This document shows positions 1 to 10,817 of a stretch of DNA of 64,000 nt, piece after piece. Both the position numbers and the translations under genes were made by a program. The notes under the pieces were generated by a model that did no database searches, was not told the origin of the DNA, and was given only the letters and a program-made list of their open reading frames with translations. Origin of the DNA: a virus (Duplodnaviria; Caudoviricetes); the IMG/VR virus record IMGVR_UViG_2811995040_000001, positions 13,275-77,274 of that record; one strand, written 5' to 3'. Numbering within the stretch: the stretch's first letter is position 1; each line of letters starts with the position of its first letter.

Positions 1-567
1 TTTAACCGGCTCCCCCGGCGAATAAAAGTCAGGATTAATCAGGATGTCCAGTGGTTCCTGCAAAATGAAGGTAACCATGATGCGCGCATGAATGACATGA
101 TGACCGTGTCGATTCCTCTTGATGACAGCGACGGCTACCGGGGGCGCACCGTTTACGCGCGTACTGACCTTCCCGCCTTCACCGTACTGGGACCCTACTC
201 CGGCCGCCTGCTGGAAAGCGAAACGGTACGGTGTGAATATGAAAAAGAATACGGCAGGGAAGCGAGTAATTATTACTTTGCCACACGAAGCCAGGAGCGA
301 ATCGTTTCTGCCTGGCCGCAGGGAAATCTCCTCAGCCTGATTAACAACCCGGTATTTGGCCGCCGGACCGCGGAGGCAGAAGCAAGACAGAACGTCAGCG
401 CGGTCCTTGTCGGAAAGAACATTACCTTTTACCTCACCACACGCAACATCAGCGCCGGGGAAGAACTGTGGTTTGACTACGGGCCGGACTACCAGCATTT
501 TGAACCGGGCATGGCATTACGATTAGTGCAGATTAAGGAGGAACCACTTTCACCGGAGGAGGAATAG
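1..567 (+). CDS. SET-domain protein, C-terminal part (frame open from base 1); putative effector
   Basis: SET motifs GRTVYARTDLP..LGPYSG, LSLINN and TTRNISAGEELWFDYG; the frame has no stop back to position 1. Confidence 0.75.
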   Translation, partial: FNRLPRRIKVRINQDVQWFLQNEGNHDARMNDMMTVSIPLDDSDGYRGRTVYARTDLPAFTVLGPYSGRLLESETVRCEYEKEYGREASNYYFATRSQERIVSAWPQGNLLSLINNPVFGRRTAEAEARQNVSAVLVGKNITFYLTTRNISAGEELWFDYGPDYQHFEPGMALRLVQIKEEPLSPEEE

Positions 568-1053
568 AAATACATCATTCTGATCTGGAGTCAATTCTAT
601 ATATGTTGATTTTTCAATATATATGCCCGGAAGTGCTATCTGCCCTTACAGTCTGCTACCGGGTTCCAGCGATGCTGGGTTTACGCCATTTCCGACCTGG
701 CATCTGGTGTCATCAACAAATGATCAATAAAGGTCATGGGATTATGATAGGCAGGGAGCAATGGTACATACCTTTCTCTATAAATCTACCAATGACAAAT
801 TTGATTGTTCATTCATTGAACAATTCAGAAACAAGGACAGATGGCTAAGTGGTCTAATGAATAAGTCTATCCTTTCATGTCTCATTGGTTATGTGCTTGA
901 TAAAAAGATTGTTAATAGTGAAATGAATAATGACAGAGTGAAGTCGGCAAATGAAAACCAGTCTCATTTAGAGATACAGGGTAAAAAATAAATCTCTCAG
1001 TTTTTAAAAGCCCGGCGTAATCTACATGCCTGGCTTTTTATAAATTAACACAT

Positions 1054-1908
1054 TCATTTGTATAGACATAATATTCTCATCTTGCGAAAAAAAGTACGAA
1101 TCGTTCGCCTTCCCTTGCATCTGAATAAATCAAACCACTTGTTTTTACCCAAGTAGTTTAACTTTATCATGTCAGGTCTATAATAATAACACATCAGAAA
1201 TATCCCCTGATCATCATCCACAATATTTTCTCTCAACACCTTTTTTTGGCAATGCCACACCAATCTGTAAAATTCTTGCCACTTTTCCAGCGTTCCGACC
1301 AGAACGCCACCGATGATATACACATGGTTACCTGACATACAGTTGTATACTGATTCCAGTGTTTCAAGTTTAAGACCCCTTCTAATCGTAAAAAAATGCA
1401 TTTTTTCCTTATTGAAGGACCAGGACCACGTTTTTATTCCATTCGTGGTATTTGAATCTCTACAATATCCAAAATCAATCCAGGCAACCATGTCGTCTTT
1501 GATCAACCCCTGCCTGATAGCTTTATTTACAAAGTATGTTTTCAGATTGCAGAGTAAAACGTAATCAGCCGACAGGAACTCTGGATTCCCACGCTGCTCG
1601 ACAGGTGTTCTAAGCCTGAACGTTACATCTGACTGTATAGAGGCAATCCGGTTCCTGATATGATGAAATTCTTTATTGAAATCTAATGTAACAATCGTTG
1701 TTGGTTTTCCTCTCCGGATTTCCTCAATCCTGGGTTTGAGGTCAGGTGAGGTAAAAATAACCATATCATTTTCAAGTTGTGCAAGATTAGAAAACCAGGC
1801 CATATATTCATCAGTATCTCGTTCAATGCATGGAGCAAATCCATTTTGAGATGTCCATTGGCTTCTGCCTATATCAAAATAAGCAGTAACAATTGCTATA
1901 GTGGTCAT
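1054..1908 (-). CDS. HtrL/YibB-family protein (LPS-associated)
   Basis: IVTAYFDIGR, AWIDFGYC, NHVYIIGG and IVDDDQGIF match recalled YibB/HtrL; likely start is MTTIAIV at 1908. Confidence 0.8.
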   Translation of the reverse strand: MTTIAIVTAYFDIGRSQWTSQNGFAPCIERDTDEYMAWFSNLAQLENDMVIFTSPDLKPRIEEIRRGKPTTIVTLDFNKEFHHIRNRIASIQSDVTFRLRTPVEQRGNPEFLSADYVLLCNLKTYFVNKAIRQGLIKDDMVAWIDFGYCRDSNTTNGIKTWSWSFNKEKMHFFTIRRGLKLETLESVYNCMSGNHVYIIGGVLVGTLEKWQEFYRLVWHCQKKVLRENIVDDDQGIFLMCYYYRPDMIKLNYLGKNKWFDLFRCKGRRTIRTFFRKMRILCLYK

Positions 1909-2057
1909 ACCTCTTAAAAAATCCTGTGAATTTAAACCAATATGGAATGCTAACATGCAAAACAATTTATATAAATTGTTTATAAGAATGATAAGAATAT
2001 TTTAAGTGTGAATATGAGTACAACAGTGTACCGGAAATCCAGCCCGTACAAAACGCA

Positions 2058-2620
2058 TCATGTTGGTATTTCCGACCTGGTGGGGCTTGAGGTATCAACA
2101 CAGTCTACCAGTCTCCCTATGGTATCCTGCGTCCAGGCGCTATGACTGTGCGATTCGTTACCGCTCATTTCCTGTGACAACATTGCGCGGCTGCTTGCGG
2201 GTTTACCTTTGATTGCCCAGCCGCACATGCCCGGAATAACGCCGGCTGGATAGGCTATCGCTAGTGGCGGGTAAACAGATTTATCGAAGGACTGCCCGTA
2301 CATCAGGGCGTAACCTGCTGGAGTGGCATCAGACAGCCATACAATCGCCTCCCCTACTGGATACGAACCAGTGGCGGATTTAGTAAGGTGTAGAGCATTG
2401 CCCATTCGGACCACTCAGCGTCAGCGGCATCACGATGGCCACAGAGATAGGCGGGGGCTGGCGCACCGTTACCCCACTCCATCCGATTAATATCTCCCCA
2501 TCACCAGTTCCGGCCAGACGCAAAATATTTTCGTATTGCGTAGAATAGCCATTGTTGTAAACCTCGTCCGTTATCAGGCCTCCATCGCAGCCTCTTGTCG
2601 TGCCAGTATTTCCCGAACAT
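2058..2620 (-). pseudogene. Degraded phage tail-fibre (collar domain) fragments
   Basis: [56 protein letters not shown] is a tail-collar signature; broken and truncated. Confidence 0.75.
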
Positions 2621-2621
2621 T

Positions 2622-2756
2622 AAAAAACCTGCCGTAGCGGGTTGAATGTGGGTGCGTTGAGGATTCCTGACATATCGAAGGTGACGGAGATTTCTGGCTG
2701 CCGGGCCTCTTACTCCTCAGACTCGTAAGCCGTGAAGACAGCCGCCTCCGCCAGTC
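2622..2756 (-). pseudogene. hok/gef toxin 3' remnant plus 3' UTR (copy 1)
   Basis: Minus strand reads ..EAAVFTAYESEE* like the HokD C-terminus; no 5' half; repeated at ~10085 and ~53040. Confidence 0.7.
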
Positions 2757-2797
2757 CGTACAAAGTTCATATTCATCTGATAATGTTTAATCAGCGT

Positions 2798-3367
2798 CTA
2801 TCTTAAGGTAAAATTCTCACGTTCGGTATTAAAATAACATTCGCTCTTTCTAACTATCATATCACTACGGATAGGCTCCTGACTCAAAGGGTGATTGAAT
2901 TCCAGAGACAGCAGGTTGAGAAATGCCTCTTTATCAAATAAGTAACAAACATCTGACCGTGATGATACTTTAACAAAAACGCCGTTTGTTGGAATATCCT
3001 TCGTTATCGGACATGTTAAATGTCCTTCAGAGCATGTAAAACTTCCTGCTTCTACCTGAAAACTACATAAATCAATCTTCCATGTAATATTTAATTCGCG
3101 TGCCAGCTTTTTTGCATTGTCCCACCTTGCTGTATCATTACTATAAACCTGCCCTGGCTCACGCCATGGAACCACGTAAAATGTACCTTCGTCGGGCTGA
3201 TGACGCACCTGGTATAGCGCATCACATAGTTGCACCTGAATTTCAGTCGGCCCAGGCGCGCCATCAGGAGGTCTGGCTGCATTACGTATACTGTCGAGCA
3301 TATCTGAAGGATATGTCTCTATTGTCAACCCGTGAAGTAAATTTAAATTTGGGAAACTTAATGGCGT
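2798..3367 (-). CDS. NleG-like U-box E3 ligase effector, copy 1 (start codon mutated to ACG; possible pseudogene)
   Basis: CPIT..P.NGVFVK...SDVC.LFD..AF..HPLSQEPI motif (DUF1076/NleG); ACG at 3365-3367 is in frame where the paralogues have ATG. Confidence 0.75.
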   Translation of the reverse strand, partial: TPLSFPNLNLLHGLTIETYPSDMLDSIRNAARPPDGAPGPTEIQVQLCDALYQVRHQPDEGTFYVVPWREPGQVYSNDTARWDNAKKLARELNITWKIDLCSFQVEAGSFTCSEGHLTCPITKDIPTNGVFVKVSSRSDVCYLFDKEAFLNLLSLEFNHPLSQEPIRSDMIVRKSECYFNTERENFTLR

Positions 3368-3759
3368 ATTCCATTTCCTTTTATATTATTAAAGCCAAAA
3401 ACACAGCAGCTATTAATTTCTTTTGAAGAATATAACTCACATCATCTCACTATCATCCACCCAGCACTAATACTTAAATATCCTCAAGGTTTTAATATGT
3501 TTAATGCAACGTTTTCAATCAAATTTAGGACATATTCCATTTAGTCTGCTCATTATTGACCCGTGTTCACAGATGGAGCTCCTGATCTCCTTCCTGGTAT
3601 TCCATTTTCATGCAGATTTCGCCCCCCCGGTAATATCCCCGATAAAATGCCAGTACCGAGCCAGCACCACGAACTCAAAAAGAGTATCACCAGCCCCAGA
3701 GTAATCTGCTGGCTGTTTTTGGGAAAATGCGTGCAGACACGGTAAAAACAGAACACATC

Positions 3760-4431
3760 AGAATTTTTATGGGCAAGAGAAGGCTGAAAAGTAAGACACA
3801 GCTCGCGAGCCTTAGCCGTGTTTACGGATGGGGATTTGCACGTGGATATGTGAAGGGGAACCCCTGAAAAAGGGGACGTAAATTTATCTCGAAACCACGT
3901 ACCGTCTACATCAGTGATGAGCATTATGCGGCGATTTACGCTGAGGCAATCCCGGCACTTCGCGTGGCGATGGAGGTTTCGTATCTTTGCGCCGCCCGTC
4001 AGGGCGACGTTCTGGATATGGTCTGGAGCGATGTAATGGATGCAGGGCTGTTCATAGAGCAGAACAAAACCGGGACGAAGCAAATTAAAGAGTGGTCTCC
4101 TCGCCTTCGTTCTGCTTTTCAACTCGCGAGGAATACTATGGGCGAAAATGGAAAATATGTTATCACCAACGCTAACGGCGAAAAGGTGACGGGCAGGACA
4201 CTTAATAAGTGGTGGGACAAAGCAAAAAAAGCCGCAGAGCAAAAAGCCGGAACACCGTTCGGATGTACATTCCACGACATCAAAGCAAAGGCGATTTCTG
4301 ACTATAAAGGATCGAGTCGCGATAAGCAGCTATTCTCCGGCCACAAAACCGAGAGCCAGGTACTGGTTTACGATCGTAAGGTTAAAGTAACCCCTTCCCT
4401 TGATATCCCGGCTATCAGCCAGTTCGCATAG
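3760..4431 (+). pseudogene. Truncated tyrosine integrase related to the integrase at 62981
   Basis: AMEVSYLCAARQGDVL and TFHDIKAKAISD..GSSRDKQLFSGHKTESQV; upstream part has an in-frame stop (KGNP*). Confidence 0.85.
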
Positions 4432-4511
4432 TTGTCAAAGGCCTAAATATGGTCTATATTTAGGCCGAATCAACAATCCTGAGGATTTTATTTAAAGCGA
4501 GGTTACGCCTA

Positions 4512-4742
4512 ATGCGAGTAGAAACGATCAGCTTCGTCAAGAAGAATGCTGCTTCTCTCGAATTGTCAGAGCCAATACTGGTAACTCAAAATGGTGTACC
4601 CGCGTATGTTATTGAGTCATATGCTCAGCAACAGGAGCGGGAAAACGCCATTGCTCTTCTGAAACTTCTTACCCTGTCAGAGCAGGACAAAACCAATGGC
4701 AACGTATATTCAAAGGAGCAGTTACTGGACGGGCTTATATGA
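4512..4742 (+). CDS. Phd/YefM-family antitoxin
   Basis: ETISFVKKNAA..EPILVTQNGVPAYVIESY motif; lies upstream of a RelE/ParE-like gene. Confidence 0.8.
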   Translation: MRVETISFVKKNAASLELSEPILVTQNGVPAYVIESYAQQQERENAIALLKLLTLSEQDKTNGNVYSKEQLLDGLI

Positions 4743-4767
4743 GAGAAATTGATATAAGGATCCAGTA

Positions 4768-5097
4768 ATGGAAAAAGTCAAAATCGAATACACACACACC
4801 GTCAAAACCTGCGTCGACGATATCGCAAGTTTTCTCCACCGGCATGAGGTAGAAGCTAAACCTGTGGTTTCAGAAATTCTCGAACAATTTGAGAAACAGG
4901 TAGGCCAGTTTCCGCTCGGTTGTCAGATTTGCCCGGAACTGATGAAACTCGGGGTGGCAAAATACCGGGAATGCAATACCGCAGGCGGGTATCGTGTTTT
5001 GTATTCGGTGGATGGCTCGACAGTAACAGCACATGCGATTTTGTCGCACCGTCAGGACAACAAACAGTTGCTGTTTAAGCGTCTCATCCAGGCCTGA
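4768..5097 (+). CDS. RelE/ParE-family toxin
   Basis: 109 aa with YRECNTAGGYRVLY; paired with the Phd-like gene. Confidence 0.7.
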   Translation: MEKVKIEYTHTVKTCVDDIASFLHRHEVEAKPVVSEILEQFEKQVGQFPLGCQICPELMKLGVAKYRECNTAGGYRVLYSVDGSTVTAHAILSHRQDNKQLLFKRLIQA

Positions 5098-5098
5098 A

Positions 5099-5127
5099 AT
5101 TCTCCCGCTTCGGCGGGATTTTTTTTG
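5099..5127 (+). terminator. Rho-independent terminator
   Basis: tcccgc-ttcg-gcggga hairpin followed by a T-run. Confidence 0.85.
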
Positions 5128-5219
5128 TCTGCCGTTAAAGGAACAAGGGAAAATATTCTAAGTGTATTCTAACAGCCCAAAAACAAAGGGGTTACCTTTC
5201 GATAACCCCTTGTTTAATC

Positions 5220-5280
5220 TGGCGGAAGCGCAGAGATTCGAACTCTGGAACCCTTTCGGGTCGCCGGTTTTCAAGACCGG
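5220..5280 (-). tRNA. 3' fragment of tRNA-Ser(TGA), serT-like; prophage att duplication
   Basis: Reverse complement CCGGTCTTGAAAACCGGCGACCCGAAAGGGTTCCAGAGTTCGAATCTCTGCGCTTCCGCCA; the 5' acceptor and D arm are absent. Confidence 0.9.
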
Positions 5281-5640
5281 AAAAAATTTATTTATTATCA
5301 TGTGGTTATAATAAATAGAAAGAATACTACTTTATTTCAAACATTCAGCAAAAACAAAAAGTTAGCTCCTATCAAACAAACAATATTCTTTCCAGTCAGG
5401 CATATCCACTTGACTACACTTACACAACCACCGAATAATTAACTGTACAAAAAAACAGTATCAAATAACCATATGACCAGTACAGATTCCAACGGCCAGT
5501 TTGGTATACAGGCCATGTTGTCTGTAAATGAGGTGGACAGATAGACCTCGTTCGTGAGAAGTGAATAGCTCACTTCAAAATCTGTCAGTTCAGGAATGCT
5601 ACTGACGTTGCAAGAGTTCCTTGACCAGTTTATGTGTATC

Positions 5641-5838
5641 TCACGGACGAAAGCCATTACTTTGATTGAAGAACTCCAAAAGGCAATCGACTATATGGAT
5701 GCAGGGATAAAGCGCCACTCGCCGGGCGTCAGACCAGGCACCAATAATATTGGCGCCTAAAATGGCTTCGCCCGTCACCACACCGCAGTACTCCACAATG
5801 CTTTGTCCTTCCAGCATTGGGGTCGTTGAAAACTGCAT
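5641..5838 (-). pseudogene. 5' fragment of a YbjQ (UPF0145)-family gene
   Basis: [30 protein letters not shown], then similarity is lost. Confidence 0.7.
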
Positions 5839-5968
5839 AGTGAATCTCCGGGTTAGCTAAGCACTCGCTCTCAAACGTATTATCAAGCTGATACGCTTTT
5901 TGAAAGGAGGGAGTGGTATTTTTTCAACATCACGAAAGCTCGTCCCGGAGCAGAGTATTTTCAGTCAT

Positions 5969-7259
5969 CAGAATGCCTCCTTTCCTCCCCGGCCTGAAGG
6001 CCGGGGAGGAAAGGAGGCGGTTTTCCGGCTAACTGTCTTTTGCATAATCACATTTTCCTCTTTAATATGTGAGGCTATGAAACGCGCATATAAATACCGG
6101 TTTTACCCCACGGCTGAGCAGGCTGAGCTTTTAGCTCAGACGTTCGGTTGTGTGCGTTTCGTCTACAACTCCATCCTCCGCTGGCGTACCGATGCATACT
6201 ACGAGCGAAAGGAAAAGATCGGTTACCTACAGGCCAACGCTCGCCTTACGGCGCTGAAAAAGGAGCCGGAATTTGCCTGGCTTAACGACGTTTCCTGCGT
6301 TCCCCTCCAGCAGTCTTTGCGCCACCAACAAACCGCCTTTGCTAACTTCTTCGCCGGACGGGCTGCATATCCGACATTCAAAAGCAAACGGCACAGGCAG
6401 GCGGCTGAGTTCACTGCGAGCGCGTTTAAATACCGCGACGGCAAGCTGTACATGGCAAAGAACAAAATCCCCTTAGACGTGCGCTGGAGTCGTCCGCTGC
6501 CGTCCGTGCCGTCTACCGTCACCATTTCTAAAGATGCCGCAGGGCGGTACTTTGTTTCGTGCCTTTGCGAATTTGAACCCGCATCACTGCCGATCACCTC
6601 TTCAATGGTCGGCATTGATGTTGGTTTAAAAGATTTGTTCGTCACCGATACCGGATTCAGGTCCGGCAATCCCCGCCATACCGCTAAATACGCGGCTCGC
6701 CTGGCACTACTCCAGCGCCGGTTAAGCAAAAAGGCCAAAGGCTCAAAGAACCGCGCCAAAGCCCGCTTAAAGGTGGCCCGACTCCACGCGAAAACTGCTG
6801 ATTGCCGACTGGATGCCCTGCACAAGGCATCCCGCAAACTGATTAACGATAACCAAGTTGTTTGCGTCGAATCCCTGAAAGTGAAGAACATGCTCCGCAA
6901 CCCGTCGCTATCCAAAGCGATAGCAGACGCGAGCTGGGGCGAACTTGTGCGCCAGCTCCAGTACAAAGGCGAATGGGCCGGGCGGTCAGTAGTCGCCATT
7001 GACCAGTTTTTCCCGTCCTCAAAACGCTGTAGCTGTTGCGGTTTCACCATGAAAAAAATGCCTCTTGATGTTCGTAAATGGCAGTGCCCTGAGTGCGGAA
7101 CTGACCACGACAGAGACGTTAACGCGGCACGTAATATCAAAGCTGCCGGGCTGGCAGTGTTAGCCCACGGAGAGCCTGTAAATCCTGAATCGCTCAAAGC
7201 GGCTTAGGTTCGGCTCGTTGAAGTGGGAATCCCCGTCCTTCAGGGCGGGGAGCTGTCAA
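5969..7259 (+). mobile_element. IS200/IS605-family element, tnpB only (IS1341-like)
   Basis: TCAT|CAGAATGCCTCC left end with a 20-bp hairpin (5975-6018); right-end hairpin CCCCGTCCTTCAGGGCGGGG ending in TCAA at 7256-7259; no tnpA. Confidence 0.85.
6077..7207 (+). CDS. tnpB: TnpB RNA-guided nuclease
   Basis: MKRAYKYRFYPT start; RuvC D/E/D motifs GIDVG, VESL, DRDVNAA; CxxC..CxxC zinc ribbon. Confidence 0.92.
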   Translation: MKRAYKYRFYPTAEQAELLAQTFGCVRFVYNSILRWRTDAYYERKEKIGYLQANARLTALKKEPEFAWLNDVSCVPLQQSLRHQQTAFANFFAGRAAYPTFKSKRHRQAAEFTASAFKYRDGKLYMAKNKIPLDVRWSRPLPSVPSTVTISKDAAGRYFVSCLCEFEPASLPITSSMVGIDVGLKDLFVTDTGFRSGNPRHTAKYAARLALLQRRLSKKAKGSKNRAKARLKVARLHAKTADCRLDALHKASRKLINDNQVVCVESLKVKNMLRNPSLSKAIADASWGELVRQLQYKGEWAGRSVVAIDQFFPSSKRCSCCGFTMKKMPLDVRKWQCPECGTDHDRDVNAARNIKAAGLAVLAHGEPVNPESLKAA

Positions 7260-7561
7260 TCAGGCGCCAGCGGATTGGCCTGGCAACGGTTGGGCATCGA
7301 AGCGGGTTCACTTTTGCGCATCCATGGGCTTCGGTACCCGACCCGCTCCCTTATACCTGTATTTTTCCGCAGATACGTCAGCCCCCACCACACGGTGGGT
7401 TATTTCAAAACATAATGACAGAATGGACACTTTCTGAAAGAAACATGCCAGATAATATGATGAATTGTGATCGCTATTGCAATAGCAACATATGGAACTT
7501 ACTTTTAAGGCGTTAAAAAGCCAGAGCGTTTTTCCATAACAGATGTTGATAAAGGATTTTA

Positions 7562-9910
7562 ATGAATATATCATCAAGCAGAATTAATTTTTCCACCATT
7601 CCCTTCCAGGTTAAAAAATTAGTTAAAACTATCCATGAGCGTACGAAAAACCGGTTCTCCTCAGAAATAACCAGCGTTAAAAACACACCTATATCTTTAA
7701 ATGAAAAATTTAAAATAGGAAAGGACTCACCGATTGAATTCGCGTTACCACAAAAAATAAAAAAATTCTTTCATCCGAAAGATAAAAACACCTTAAACAA
7801 AACATTGATTACTGTTAAAAATATTACTGACACAAATAACACCTGTAAGAAAAATATTTCAGCGGAAGATGCCTCAAAAATTACTACAGCATTCATGCAT
7901 AAGAATATTGCAAATCAATCACGTGATTATAATTACAGAGTGACAGGTGCGGCCCCACTCCCCGGTGGAGTCTCTGTATCAGCCAATAACAGGCCAACGG
8001 TTTCTGAAGCCAGAACACCACCAGTATCACCCTCCCTCTCACTTCAGGCTACGTCTTCCCCGTCATCACCTGCCGAATGGGCTAAGAAACTCACGGATGC
8101 AGTTTTACGACAGAAAGCCGGAGAAACTCTCTCGACCACAGAACTTGATTTTTCAGGCGCAGATTTCCGTTACATTTTATTCAGTGAAATATTGCCTTCC
8201 AGCTTCATGGAGCGAGACGGCGATATCCTTAAGGGGTTCAACTTTTCAAATTCAAATTTCGCTCATTCTGATATATCTGATTTACATTTTGACGAATGCC
8301 GGTTCACTTATTCGACACTGCGTGGTGCAATCTGCAGCAATACGAAATTTAGTCATTCAGATATGAATAATGCGTTTTTACAGTATTCAGTTTTTACACA
8401 ACAACAGCCCTCTTTTATTAATACAACATTAAAAAATACGTGTATGCATCACAAAGCAAACCTCTCTGGCGTTATTTTAAATGAACCGGATAATTCATCA
8501 CCTCCGTCAAAATCAGGGGGCGGAGATTTTATTCGTTTAGGTGATATCTGGATACAAATGCCACTCCTTTGGACTGAGAACGCTGTGGATGGATTTTTAA
8601 ATCATGAACACAATGATGGTAAAAGTATTCTGATGACCATTGACAGCCTGCCCGATAAATACAGTCAGGAAAAAGTCCGGGCAATGGAAGACCTGGTTAA
8701 GTCATTGAGGAGTGGCTGCTTATCAGAGGCACATATCCGGCCAGTTGAAAGTTCGCTGGTAAGCGTGCTGGCCCACCCCCCCTATACGCAAAGTGTACTT
8801 ATCAGCGAGTGGCTCAGGCCTGTTAAGGAAAGTTTTTTTGCCCATCAGTGCCAGACCTATAATGACGTTCCCCTGCCAGCTCCTGACACATATCATCAGC
8901 AGCGCATACTGCCTGTGCTGCTGGATTCGTTTGACAGGAACAGCGCCGCCATGACCACTCACAGCGGATTCTTTAATCAGGTGATTGTACACTGTATGAC
9001 AGGCGTGGACTGCACTGATGACATCCGCCAGAAAGCCGCGGCTCTTTATGAGCGGTATCTTGCTCACCCGTTGGTGTCTCCACACATCAATAATGGGCTG
9101 TTCGGCGATTATGACGGCAGCCCGGACTGGACAACCAGCGCTGCAGATAATTTCCTGCTGCTCTCCTCCCGAGCTTCTGACACGGCGATGATGCTCTCCG
9201 CTGACACACTGTCAACGATGTTAAACCCCAAACCTGACACTGCATGGGACCGCTTTTACCTGCTGAGAGGGGGAGAGAACGTCTCCACCGCGCAAATCTC
9301 TCCGGAAGAATTATTCCGTCATGACTTTCCGGTGTTTCACACCGCATTTAATCAGCAGGCCCAACAGCGACGCTTTGGGCAACTGATTGATACCATCCTA
9401 AGCTCTGAAGAACACAGGGAGCTTAACCGGCAGTTTATTGCCGCCACGAAACAGAAATATTCCGACGTGAAGTTTGTTGATGCCCCTTCACAGTCACGTC
9501 TGAACGCTGTTTTTGAATCCCTGCTTCCTGAAGGTAAACTCAGCCCGCCACACTACCAGCATATCCTCAATGCTTATCACCTGACTGATGCCACCCCACA
9601 GAAACAGGCGGAAACCCTGTTCTGTCTCAGTACCGCATTCGCACGCTATTCCTCCAGCGCTATTTTCGGCACTGAACACGATTCTCCGACTATCCTGAGA
9701 GGCTATGCGGAGGCGCTGATGCAGAAAGCGTATGAACTGTCTCCGGAAATATTCCCGTCCGTAGACAAGCTTACCGACTGGTCCAACCGTTTTCACGGCC
9801 TCCATAATGCCTTTACCTGTACCAGCGTTGTGGCGTATGATATGCAACGTCATGCCAGAGAACACTTCCCGGGTGTTCTGTCATCCATCCTGCCACTGGC
9901 CTGGGCGTAA
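7562..9910 (+). CDS. sopA: SopA HECT-like E3 ubiquitin ligase T3SS effector (prophage-borne)
   Basis: 782 aa, pentapeptide-repeat region, catalytic AFTCTS and C-terminal SSILPLAWA as in recalled SopA. Confidence 0.9.
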   Translation: MNISSSRINFSTIPFQVKKLVKTIHERTKNRFSSEITSVKNTPISLNEKFKIGKDSPIEFALPQKIKKFFHPKDKNTLNKTLITVKNITDTNNTCKKNISAEDASKITTAFMHKNIANQSRDYNYRVTGAAPLPGGVSVSANNRPTVSEARTPPVSPSLSLQATSSPSSPAEWAKKLTDAVLRQKAGETLSTTELDFSGADFRYILFSEILPSSFMERDGDILKGFNFSNSNFAHSDISDLHFDECRFTYSTLRGAICSNTKFSHSDMNNAFLQYSVFTQQQPSFINTTLKNTCMHHKANLSGVILNEPDNSSPPSKSGGGDFIRLGDIWIQMPLLWTENAVDGFLNHEHNDGKSILMTIDSLPDKYSQEKVRAMEDLVKSLRSGCLSEAHIRPVESSLVSVLAHPPYTQSVLISEWLRPVKESFFAHQCQTYNDVPLPAPDTYHQQRILPVLLDSFDRNSAAMTTHSGFFNQVIVHCMTGVDCTDDIRQKAAALYERYLAHPLVSPHINNGLFGDYDGSPDWTTSAADNFLLLSSRASDTAMMLSADTLSTMLNPKPDTAWDRFYLLRGGENVSTAQISPEELFRHDFPVFHTAFNQQAQQRRFGQLIDTILSSEEHRELNRQFIAATKQKYSDVKFVDAPSQSRLNAVFESLLPEGKLSPPHYQHILNAYHLTDATPQKQAETLFCLSTAFARYSSSAIFGTEHDSPTILRGYAEALMQKAYELSPEIFPSVDKLTDWSNRFHGLHNAFTCTSVVAYDMQRHAREHFPGVLSSILPLAWA

Positions 9911-9911
9911 T

Positions 9912-10016
9912 TTGACACTCCCCTCCCTAAAGGAAGGGGATTCTTGGTTAGTTAGAAGATCAAGGGCACGCCTTATATCCCCGACCCAAAAGGACGGGGT
10001 TTTACGGCGCTCTCGG
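9912..10016 (-). mobile_element. Miniature IS605-type element, second family, 105 bp
   Basis: Minus strand TTAT|CCGAGAGCGCCGTAAAACCCCGTCCTT hairpin left end, then GAATCCCCTTCCTTTAGGGAGGGGAGTGTCAA right end. Confidence 0.7.
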
Positions 10017-10084
10017 ATAAGCCTTGCTAAAAAGCCCATCTGGGTGGGCTTTAGTTATAATCTACCCTCCCGCCAACACGCCCA

Positions 10085-10205
10085 GCGGGTTAAGTACGGG
10101 TGTATTGAAGTACCTGTTACATCAGAGGTGGCGGGGATTTCTCGCTGCCGGGTCTCTTACTCCTCAGACTCGTAAGCCGTGAAGACAGCAGCCTCCGCCT
10201 GTCCG
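10085..10205 (-). pseudogene. hok/gef 3' remnant plus UTR (copy 2)
   Basis: ..AAVFTAYESEE* with stop at 10157-10159. Confidence 0.7.
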
Positions 10206-10244
10206 TACAAAGTTCATATTCATCTGTTAATGTTTAATCAGATT

Positions 10245-10817
10245 CTATCTTAAGGTAAAACAATCACGTTCGGTATTAAAAAAACATTCGCTCTTTCTAA
10301 CTATCATATCACCACGGATAGGCTCCTGACTCAAAGGGTGTTTTAACTCCAGGGACAGTACGTCGAAGAATGCCTCTTTATCAAATAAGTGACAAACATC
10401 TGACCGTGATGATGCTTTAACAAAAATACCGTTTTTTGGAATAGCCATCGTTATCGGACATATTAAATATTTTTCAGAACATGCAAAACTTCCTGATTCA
10501 ACCTGAAAATTACATAAATCAATCTTCCATGAAATTTTTAATTCGTTTGCCAGCTTTTTTGCATTGCCCTCCCTTGCTTGATAAGTAAGAGGATGCAACC
10601 CCGGTTCATACAACGGAACCACGTCAAATAAGCCTTTATCGGGCCGATGACATACCTGGTATAGCGCATCACATAGTTGCACCTGAATTTCAGTCGGCCC
10701 AGTCCCGCCATCAGGAGGTCTGGCTGCATTACGTATACTGTCGAGCATATCCAAAGGATATGTTTCTATGTACCCATCAAAGGTATGTAAACGTACATTT
10801 GGAAAACTTAATGGCAT
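10245..10817 (-). CDS. NleG-like U-box E3 ligase effector, copy 2
   Basis: MPLSF N-terminus; CPITMAIPKNGIFVK..SDVCHLFD..HPLSQEPI. Confidence 0.85.
   Translation of the reverse strand: MPLSFPNVRLHTFDGYIETYPLDMLDSIRNAARPPDGGTGPTEIQVQLCDALYQVCHRPDKGLFDVVPLYEPGLHPLTYQAREGNAKKLANELKISWKIDLCNFQVESGSFACSEKYLICPITMAIPKNGIFVKASSRSDVCHLFDKEAFFDVLSLELKHPLSQEPIRGDMIVRKSECFFNTERDCFTLR

Noticed and set aside
5220-5280. Functional tRNA-Ser gene
   Set aside because: The 5' acceptor strand and D arm are missing; it is an att duplication.
6223-7197. 324-aa antisense ORF, and similar ones at 3553-4275, 26169-27116 and 28618-29343
   Set aside because: Shadow frames opposite well-supported genes (tnpB, int remnant, J, K) with no recognisable motifs.
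6077-7207. TnpB as a nuclease-dead TldR-type regulator
   Set aside because: All three RuvC acidic residues and both IS ends are present.
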